Shown here one piece after another: positions 6,629 to 13,455 of a DNA stretch of 63,172 nucleotides; positions within the stretch are counted from its first letter, which is position 1; each line of letters starts with the position of its first letter. A program made the translations under genes and the position numbers. The DNA comes from an uncultured Eubacteriales bacterium (GTDB taxonomy: Bacteria; Acidobacteriota; Aminicenantia; Aminicenantales; Saccharicenantaceae), in the NCBI GenBank assembly GCA_964652895.1, contig CAZZCH010000006.1, positions 1 to 63,172 of the forward strand, in the 5' to 3' direction. The notes under the pieces are model-generated. The model made no database searches. It was not told the DNA's origin and saw nothing but the letters and a program-made list of their open reading frames with translations.

Positions 6629-8869
6629 ATGAAAAAGAAGGGACTGGTCTTTCTCGCCGCGGCCTTGGGCCTGCTCTTTATCTCGGAGTTCGGCATGATA
6701 AACGCCGGGCCAATACGCCAGGCTACCGCCGGACCGTCCGCCGAGGCGAATATTCTGGCGGAGAGGCAATTTGCCGATGCGGTCGCGCTTCTCAAGCGGG
6801 ATAACTTCTCCGAAGCGATCGTTGCCTACGAAAAAGTCATTCGGCTGCTTCCCGAGAGCCCGATCGCCCAGGACGCCCGTTACTGGATCGGTCAGACCTA
6901 TTTCCGGATGGGTGATTACGATGAGGCGTTGTCCGTCTTTAAAAAGCTCCTCAAAGACTATCCGGGAAGTCCGATCGTGCCGATCACGCAGCTGATGGTC
7001 TCTCGGGCTGAGCGGGAGAAGGAAGCGCAGAAAGCTGCCGCGAAGAGCTCTGCGGCGGCAGATCAAAAGATCATTATCGAGCCGAAAACCGGCGCGGAAT
7101 ACAGGAAGATCCATATTCTTTCCGGCAAGAATGATGTGGACTTTGGTCCAGGCGTTTTTTTATCGCCAAACGGAAAATTTCTCCTCAGCGGAATGACCGT
7201 TGTCCCCCTGGATGGCCAGGAACCTTTTGCCCTCGAGGCGAGAAAGGGGGGTCGCGGGACCTGGTCGGCTGACGGGAAAATGGCTGCCTATTACTCGGAG
7301 AACGCCATTTGGATCGTTCCCGTTTCTCCGGAGAGCGGACGCCCGACGGGACCATCAAAAAGGGTGTTGGACGGAAAATACGCGTATCAATTTCCCGTGA
7401 GCTGGGCTCCCGATTCGACGAAAATCGTTCTTCCGAGAAGGGACGAAAAGACGGAGGGAGACCTCTGGATACTCTCCATAAAAGACGGCGCGCTGACTCG
7501 GCTTACGGATGATCCGGGGTATGAGCCGAATGCTTGTTGGTTTCCCGACGGCAAGACCCTCGCGTATTTGACGAGAGGAAAAACATTTGAGATCCGTTCA
7601 GTGCCCGCCGCGGGAGGGGAGTCAAAGAAGATCATCGGGATGGAAGTCGGCGAGCTTCATTCCGTGTCGCCCGACGGGAAGTGGATCGCCTACAAAGATC
7701 GACAAATCCTCCATCTCTACAGAGTGGCTGATGAGCGCGACTTTCCAATAGCTCCACCTGAAGACGTCGGAGAATTTTTCTCCTGGTCCAAAGATGGGGG
7801 AAAGATGCTCTTTCGCCGTTCATCATATGAATGGAGGACCTTTCTCGGGATCGGTTCGACTTCCGGGGGACCATCCTTCCATCTAGCCAGGAACTTCGAG
7901 CTATGGCCCTTTAGACAATTCTGGGCTGCTGACAGCGATAAGATCATCACCTTGAGAGCTGGAGACTCTCAGTTCGTGACGATCTCCCTATCGGGAGGAG
8001 AGCCCATCCCCCTTGAGTTGAACGTCGCGTTTAAAGAAAAACCTAAGCCTCTCTTATTGTCCCCCGACCAGAAATACCTTCTTTTCTCCATCGATTTGGA
8101 AAACGGGAACGAGAACCTCTACACGGTTCCCGTCTCGCTGGAGGAGCCAGGCACAACGGGTCCTCCGGTGATGGTCTTCAAGGATTGGGACAGGCGTCAA
8201 GTCCTGTCTCAATCGTCCTGGTCTCCCGACGGCAAAAAGATCGCCTTGATCCACAAGGGCAATCTTTGGGTGACATCTTCCAAAGAAGTAAAACCGGTCC
8301 AGCTCACGATGACTTCTACAACAGGAGGGGATCCTCTTTGGTCGCCAAGAGGGGATAAGATCGGATTTGTCTCAGCAATCAAAGAGGACGACAGGAAGCT
8401 CATGGTCATTCCGGCGTCGGGCGGTGAGCCAACGGCACCCTTTAGCCAGCTTAAGACGTTTCAGACCTGGTGTTGGTCTCCGGATGGGAAGGCTCTTACC
8501 GTCATCTCCGACAAAAAAATGTTGGATATTCCACTCGACGGTGGCAAGCCGAAGGAGATTCTCAATCTTGAAGGCAAGGGATTCACGGGGCGGTATTGGG
8601 ATCTTACGTGGCTCCCGGACGGGAAACAAGTTGCTTTTATTGGAGAGCAAGAAAAGGACAAAGGAAATTCTTCGCATATCTATATCGTCTCCACCAAGAC
8701 GGGAAAGATCACCGAACTTGCCGCCGACGACAAAAGCTGGAAAGATGGACTTTTTCTGTCCCCGGATGGGAAATGGGTTTCCTACTACACTGATGAATTC
8801 CTCAAAACCCGCCCGACGTCGAGCATCTGGGAGGTCCAGGTGGATGACCTCATCAAGGGAAAGAAATAG
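6629..8869 (+). CDS. TPR + PD40/TolB-like beta-propeller secreted protein (paralog downstream of ECF sigma/anti-sigma)
   Basis: 746 aa. SD GGGGGAGGAG, signal peptide, YbgF-like TPR (AIVAYEKVIRLLPESP...GQTYFRMGDYDEALSVFKKLLKDYPGS), and many PD40 motifs (SPDGK, WSPDGKK, FPDGKT). Confidence 0.93.
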   Translation: MKKKGLVFLAAALGLLFISEFGMINAGPIRQATAGPSAEANILAERQFADAVALLKRDNFSEAIVAYEKVIRLLPESPIAQDARYWIGQTYFRMGDYDEALSVFKKLLKDYPGSPIVPITQLMVSRAEREKEAQKAAAKSSAAADQKIIIEPKTGAEYRKIHILSGKNDVDFGPGVFLSPNGKFLLSGMTVVPLDGQEPFALEARKGGRGTWSADGKMAAYYSENAIWIVPVSPESGRPTGPSKRVLDGKYAYQFPVSWAPDSTKIVLPRRDEKTEGDLWILSIKDGALTRLTDDPGYEPNACWFPDGKTLAYLTRGKTFEIRSVPAAGGESKKIIGMEVGELHSVSPDGKWIAYKDRQILHLYRVADERDFPIAPPEDVGEFFSWSKDGGKMLFRRSSYEWRTFLGIGSTSGGPSFHLARNFELWPFRQFWAADSDKIITLRAGDSQFVTISLSGGEPIPLELNVAFKEKPKPLLLSPDQKYLLFSIDLENGNENLYTVPVSLEEPGTTGPPVMVFKDWDRRQVLSQSSWSPDGKKIALIHKGNLWVTSSKEVKPVQLTMTSTTGGDPLWSPRGDKIGFVSAIKEDDRKLMVIPASGGEPTAPFSQLKTFQTWCWSPDGKALTVISDKKMLDIPLDGGKPKEILNLEGKGFTGRYWDLTWLPDGKQVAFIGEQEKDKGNSSHIYIVSTKTGKITELAADDKSWKDGLFLSPDGKWVSYYTDEFLKTRPTSSIWEVQVDDLIKGKK

Positions 8870-8895
8870 GCTCTTTTATTTCCAGAAAGGGGCTC

Positions 8896-9123
8896 CTACT
8901 TTTTCGCCTTGTCCGCGGGCAGGAAATTCTCCGCCGGCCAGAATTCAGTACGAGACTCTGTCTTTCTATAGAAAGCGAGCTTCTTCCCGTCAGGAGATAG
9001 GTCGGGCGCTCCGCCCTTGATGTTCAATTTCTCCGCCTTTCCCCCTTCGACCGGGACCTTGTGGAGCTCCCATCCGGAGTGTGTCCAGATTCCGTCAAAA
9101 TACCGCTCTGCCGATGAGGTCCT
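8896..9123 (-). pseudogene. C-terminal remnant (75 codons) of a further TPR-PD40 paralog
   Basis: Hand translation of the minus strand gives ...GIWTHSGWELHKVPVEGGKAEKLNIKGGAPDLSPDGKKLAFYRKTESRTEFWPAENFLPADKAKK*. This aligns with the last blade and tail of the paralogs (e.g. LWRIPVQGGEPEKLDI...HPDGTQLAF...ELWVMENFLPERSSKK*). An in-frame stop lies at 9124-9126 and there is no start codon. Confidence 0.75.
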
Positions 9124-9160
9124 TTAGCGTTTGGCGCGTCTTTTCGTAGATATCTTTCTA

Positions 9161-9215
9161 TTGACAGAGGGATCAAAATATGACTATAGTAAGACATAGT
9201 AAGACATAGTAAGAC
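9161..9215 (+). promoter_or_regulatory. Promoter (-35 TTGACA 9161-9166, -10 TATAGT 9185-9190) overlapped by 3 tandem copies of ATAGTAAGAC (9186-9215)
   Basis: Canonical hexamers with an 18-nt spacer in an AT-rich patch. Three exact 10-bp direct repeats lie between the -10 and the SD of the RHH antitoxin gene, making them a likely operator. Confidence 0.55.
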
Positions 9216-9231
9216 CCAACAGGAGCTTATT

Positions 9232-9489
9232 ATGGCTAGGACGACCAAGACGCTGACTGTCTCTCTGCCGCCCCAGATCTATGAGGAGATCGAAAGGTTG
9301 GCCAGGCTGGAAAGAAAAACCAAAAGCGAGCTTTTTCGCGATATGGTCTCGGTCTATGAAGACCATCTCGACGAAGAGCGCTGGGAAAAGCTCCGCCGCC
9401 TCGGCAGGGCGACGGCGAGGAAGTATCGGCTGTCTTCCGAGCGGGATATCGAAGAGTTGATCCATGAAGCTCGTGGAATTCGAGATTGA
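9232..9489 (+). CDS. Ribbon-helix-helix (CopG/RHH) antitoxin
   Basis: 85 aa. The N-terminal RHH pattern is KTLTVSLPPQIYEEIERLARLERKTKSELFRDMV. The stop overlaps the start of the PIN gene. Confidence 0.85.
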   Translation: MARTTKTLTVSLPPQIYEEIERLARLERKTKSELFRDMVSVYEDHLDEERWEKLRRLGRATARKYRLSSERDIEELIHEARGIRD

Positions 9490-9902
9490 ACGGCCGGCGC
9501 GTTGTCTTTGATACGAATATCTTCCTTTCGGCGTTCACCTTTGGCGGGAAACCCGTGGCCGTTTTCGAAATGGCCCGGGCAGGCAACATTCAACTTATCG
9601 TTTCCGCTTCTATCCTGGCCGAGCTGGCATTGATCCTGAAAGGCAAATTCGCGTGGGATGACAAGGACATCCGCGAGGCCCTGATGGTCGTCGGCCGGCA
9701 TGCTGACCTTGTCAAGCCGGGGACGCGGCTGCGAGTCCTCGAGGATGACGCTGAGAACCGGGTTCTGGAGTGCGCTGTCGAAGGCCGCGCGGAGTGGATC
9801 ATCTCAGGCGATCACCATCTCCTGAGCCTGAAAGAATATCGGGGGGTTCAGATCGTCCGGGTTTCTGACTTTCTCTCGTCATTGGCGGAAGACGATACGT
9901 AG
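9486..9902 (+). CDS. PIN-domain toxin (VapC-like, PIN_3-type)
   Basis: 138 aa. It has VVFDTNIFLSA (first acidic residue) and ...EDDAENRVLECAVEGRAEWIISGDHHLL, typical of PIN-family putative toxins. It uses a TTG start overlapping the antitoxin stop (TTGA). Confidence 0.85.
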   Translation: MNGRRVVFDTNIFLSAFTFGGKPVAVFEMARAGNIQLIVSASILAELALILKGKFAWDDKDIREALMVVGRHADLVKPGTRLRVLEDDAENRVLECAVEGRAEWIISGDHHLLSLKEYRGVQIVRVSDFLSSLAEDDT

Positions 9903-10020
9903 TTCTTGATTTCCTCCTCGTGGATCAAGCGAACGGTTTTCTTGTCCTCCTATTTGCCGCAGCATCCCGCTCAATTTAGCCTGACGGCGCGGGCAAAAAT
10001 AAAATAAAAAGAAATTTGAC

Positions 10021-10066
10021 TTGACAAACTTCTACATGCGTCGTATATTTACTACAGATGTAGAAG
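10021..10066 (+). promoter_or_regulatory. Promoter (-35 TTGACA 10021-10026, -10 TATATT 10044-10049) embraced by inverted repeat CTTCTACAT / ATGTAGAAG (10029-10037 / 10058-10066)
   Basis: 17-nt spacer. The TACA...TGTA half-sites are the type of operator bound by BlaI/MecI/CopY-family repressors. The element is immediately upstream of the BlaI-like gene. Confidence 0.55.
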
Positions 10067-10078
10067 AAAGGAGGCCCG

Positions 10079-10459
10079 ATGAGACTCACCGACGCGGAAT
10101 GGCAGATCATGAACGCCCTCTGGAAACAGTACCCGGCGACGGCCCGGGAGATCGCCGAGAACCTGGCCGATGAAACCCAGTGGGCTTATACGACCATCAA
10201 GACGCTTCTGGCCAGGCTCGCTGCGAAGAACGCCGTGAGCGAGCAAAAACGCGGGAACACGAGCGTCTACGAGCCGCTCGTCAGCCTGAAGAAAGCCCGG
10301 CGGACTGCCCTCAGGACTTTCCTCAACCAGGCCTTCGGCGGGACCGTCGAGCCCCTCCTCAACTTCCTGGCCGAGGAACGCAAGCTCTCGGACAGGCAGC
10401 GCAGGGAACTCCTCAAAATCCTCCAAAACGAGGAAGCCAGGAAAGGGGAGAAGCCATGA
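10079..10459 (+). CDS. BlaI/MecI/CopY-family transcriptional repressor
   Basis: 126 aa. Winged helix (LTDAEWQIMNALWKQYPATAREIAENL...WAYTTIKTLLARLAAKNAV) and a C-terminal dimerisation helix. The stop overlaps the next start (ATGA). Confidence 0.93.
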   Translation: MRLTDAEWQIMNALWKQYPATAREIAENLADETQWAYTTIKTLLARLAAKNAVSEQKRGNTSVYEPLVSLKKARRTALRTFLNQAFGGTVEPLLNFLAEERKLSDRQRRELLKILQNEEARKGEKP

Positions 10460-13419
10460 TCGCCGCAGTCAATCAAATCGCCCAATCCTGGTGGAGTTGG
10501 ATGGGCCCCATGCTCTGGCAGGTCAGCCTTTTGATCCTGATCGTCACGGCCCTGGACTTTGTCCTCCGTCGCTGGGCCTGGCCCCAGGTCCGCTATGCTC
10601 TTTGGCTCCTTATCCTTGTCAAGCTCATCATTCCGCCGACGTGGACTCTGCCGAGCAGCCTGATCTCGAAGTGGCAGCCCATGGTCCAGGCCAGGATCGA
10701 GGAGCGCCTTGGCATCAATCTCCGGGGACCGGCCGCCGTCGAAGCGCTCCAAATGCCCCTCTCTAGCCCTGCTTCCATGACAGCTTCAGGTAGTGTCGGA
10801 GAGCCCATCAAACAAACCGTGCCGGCGCAGCCAGCCGAATCCTCTTCGCTTCGCGCGAGCCACACGCTCGGATGGAAATCATACACCCTGATCGTCTGGA
10901 TCCTGGGCATGGGATTCTTCGTCGCCCTGCTGGCGCTCCGGATCTCGAGACTCCGCCGCTGGCACAAGAAGCAGATCGAGAAAAAGATCATCCCCGTCTG
11001 GTATTACGAGCTTCTGATCGAGACGACGAAACGCCTGAAGCTGGGGCGGCTGCCGGCCATCGTCTTTTCCAAGGACGCGAAAGCCCCGGCCGTTTACGGC
11101 ATGTTCAGGCCGGTGCTACTCCTCCCGGCCAGCTACCTCGACTCCCTTTCCCGTGAAGACGCCGAACACGTCCTCCTTCATGAGCTGGCCCATCTCAAGC
11201 GCGGCGACCTCTGGCTTCATGGGCTCTGCCTTCTTCTCCAGATCGTCTACTGGTTCAACCCCCTTCTCATTTGGACGCGTAGGCAGATGAAGCATGTCAG
11301 GGAGATCTGCTGCGACCTGACGATCGCCAACGTCCTCAAGGAGAAAACCATGAAATACCGCGAAACCCTTCTCAACACGGCCAGGGAGCTCCTGACCGAA
11401 ACAGCCGAGCCCGGAATGGGCCTCCTGGGCGTCTTCGAGGACCCCTTCCGGCTGGTGGCTCGCCTCAGATGGCTGGAAAAAAAGACCTGGCGCACGCGGA
11501 AGCTCATGACGGCGGCCGTCGCCGTTGTAGCGATCGTCATGACCGCGGCCGTCCTGCCGATGGGAAGCGCCGGCCAGGTAGGCGCGGCGGGCGATAAGGC
11601 GAACAACGCATTCACCCTCAAAAAGCTCGGCCAGGTCCAGGGTCAATTGCTGGGGGCTGTTTCGCCGGACGGAAAATACGTTTCCTTTGTGGATTGGAAT
11701 ACGGGGGACCTGGCCGTACGCGACCTTGCTACCGGGGAGGAAAAGCGGCTCACGGATAAAGGCCCGTGGACTCAGTCCGGAGCCGAGGCCTTCCAATCCC
11801 GCTGGTCGCCCGACGGGCAGAAGATCGTCTATGACTGGTGGGATTGGGACAAAGAGCCCGGATTCGTCGGGATCCGGGTTGTCGGATTGGACGGACAGGC
11901 GCCCCGGACGATCTATCAGGTGCCCGATAATGAGCTCACCATTACCTATGGCTGGTCTTCTGACGGGAAGCGGATTCTGGTGCTTCATCGAGTCGTGGTG
12001 CCTCCCGGGAAAACAATTCCAGACCCGAGAGATAGGGTCGCAAAGATTTCTCTGGTCGACATTGAAGACGGCTCGGTCCAAGTCCTCAAAGAATTGGACC
12101 TTAGGAGCTTCGCCTACAACCAGTACATTGACATGGACCTATCGCCGGACGGACGCTTTATCGCCTACAGTATTCCCGTCGGCGGAAATGCCTTCAACAA
12201 GGACATCATGCTGCTCTCCGTCGGAGATCTGCGGGAGATCCCGCTCGTCGAACACCCGGCCAATGAAGGTCTGCTCGGATTCACGCCGGATGGCAGGCAC
12301 GTATTGTTCACCAGCAACCGGCGGGGAAGCCCGGACATCTGGATGATCCCTGTATCCAACGGGCGGGCCGACGGCGCCGCCGAGCTGCTGGTCATGGGAG
12401 CCGGTGAAATCGAGCCTCTGGGCTTCACCACTGGGGGAGCTTTCTACTATGCCACGGGGAGACCTGAAGAAAACGTCTACCTCGCCGAGCTCAACCCAAA
12501 AACGGGACAGGTGGTCAAGGCCCCTCAGGAACCGATCCCGCATCTCGGGAACGAATCCCATTCTCCAGCCTATTCGCCGGATGGCCGGCTGCTGGCTTAT
12601 GTTTCCAATCGAGGCGGGCGTGGGCTAGCCAGCCGCTTCGTCATTTGTATCCGCTCGCTGGATTCGGGCAAGGAGAGGGAAATCTTGCCGGAGTACAATT
12701 TCATGTGCCTCAAATGGTCACCGGACGGCCGACGGCTTCTTGGCCGGGCGTTCGACGGCAGCGACCGGAGCGCGCGCAGTCTCCTGGCCACGATCGACGC
12801 GGAGACAAGCGAAGTCCACGTGATTAAAAAATGTGAGGCGGCGCGTCTTGATCAGACAATCATGGAGTTTGATTGGACAAAGAATGGGCGTGCGGTGTTC
12901 TACGTGCTGAACACAAAATCGAAAAACCTCAGTCAACTCTTGGTCCGGGACCTTGAAAGCGGGAGCGAAAAGGAGCTGTACCGCGCTCCGACCTGGGCTG
13001 AGAGGTTCAACATTTCGCGGTCCCCTGACGGGGAGTGGCTGGCCCTAATGAACTACAGGGGAATGGAGGAAAAAAGAAGGACGCTGCGGATCATCTCGGC
13101 CGACGGCAAGGAAGTGCACGACCTGACGACTTTTGAAGATACCTATAACGGCCCGGCCTGGACGACATGGACGCCGGATGGGAAGTACGTGCTGTTTCCC
13201 AAGCACAACCCCGAAGAGCAGGGAAAGAGCCAGCTCTGGCGCATTCCGGTTCAGGGAGGAGAGCCAGAAAAGCTCGACATCGAAATGACGCATTTCTACA
13301 ACCTGACTATCCATCCCGACGGGACCCAACTCGCCTTCAGCTCGAACGGCCCTTCATGGAAAGAACCGGAACTCTGGGTGATGGAGAATTTCCTTCCGGA
13401 GAGAAGCAGTAAGAAATAG
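10456..13419 (+). CDS. BlaR1/MecR1-type M56 zinc-metalloprotease signal transducer fused to a C-terminal PD40/TolB-like beta-propeller
   Basis: Start trimmed to ATG 10456 (MIAAVNQIAQSWW...); the ORF-track extension overlaps blaI in another frame. It has multiple TMs, an HEXXH motif (HVLLHELAHLKRGD) and a last TM near residue 350. About 600 aa of PD40 repeats follow, ending ELWVMENFLPERSSKK* like the stand-alone paralogs. Confidence 0.9.
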   Translation: MIAAVNQIAQSWWSWMGPMLWQVSLLILIVTALDFVLRRWAWPQVRYALWLLILVKLIIPPTWTLPSSLISKWQPMVQARIEERLGINLRGPAAVEALQMPLSSPASMTASGSVGEPIKQTVPAQPAESSSLRASHTLGWKSYTLIVWILGMGFFVALLALRISRLRRWHKKQIEKKIIPVWYYELLIETTKRLKLGRLPAIVFSKDAKAPAVYGMFRPVLLLPASYLDSLSREDAEHVLLHELAHLKRGDLWLHGLCLLLQIVYWFNPLLIWTRRQMKHVREICCDLTIANVLKEKTMKYRETLLNTARELLTETAEPGMGLLGVFEDPFRLVARLRWLEKKTWRTRKLMTAAVAVVAIVMTAAVLPMGSAGQVGAAGDKANNAFTLKKLGQVQGQLLGAVSPDGKYVSFVDWNTGDLAVRDLATGEEKRLTDKGPWTQSGAEAFQSRWSPDGQKIVYDWWDWDKEPGFVGIRVVGLDGQAPRTIYQVPDNELTITYGWSSDGKRILVLHRVVVPPGKTIPDPRDRVAKISLVDIEDGSVQVLKELDLRSFAYNQYIDMDLSPDGRFIAYSIPVGGNAFNKDIMLLSVGDLREIPLVEHPANEGLLGFTPDGRHVLFTSNRRGSPDIWMIPVSNGRADGAAELLVMGAGEIEPLGFTTGGAFYYATGRPEENVYLAELNPKTGQVVKAPQEPIPHLGNESHSPAYSPDGRLLAYVSNRGGRGLASRFVICIRSLDSGKEREILPEYNFMCLKWSPDGRRLLGRAFDGSDRSARSLLATIDAETSEVHVIKKCEAARLDQTIMEFDWTKNGRAVFYVLNTKSKNLSQLLVRDLESGSEKELYRAPTWAERFNISRSPDGEWLALMNYRGMEEKRRTLRIISADGKEVHDLTTFEDTYNGPAWTTWTPDGKYVLFPKHNPEEQGKSQLWRIPVQGGEPEKLDIEMTHFYNLTIHPDGTQLAFSSNGPSWKEPELWVMENFLPERSSKK

Positions 13420-13455
13420 TCGACAAAATTATCGGCCGGCAGGGGAAATCAGCCC

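Noticed and set aside
6629-8869. The PD40 paralogs as the housekeeping TolB or CpoB of a Tol-Pal operon.
   Set aside because: No tolQ/tolR/tolA/pal/ybgC genes are adjacent. The proteins are much longer than TolB, fuse both domain types, and occur in multiple copies next to regulators.
9186-9215. The tandem 10-bp repeats as a CRISPR array or minisatellite.
   Set aside because: There are only three contiguous 10-bp units with no spacers. Their position over a TA promoter fits an operator instead.
10180-10455. ORF-track N-terminal extensions of several genes: BlaR1-PD40 from 10180, hydrolase from 26496, MttB from 29909, DctP from 49248, paralog C to 20909, regulator C to 21639.
   Set aside because: The extensions overlap the preceding gene in another frame and encode Arg/Pro-rich junk. 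Internal ATGs are preceded by good SDs and followed by proper signal peptides or domain starts, so the starts were trimmed.
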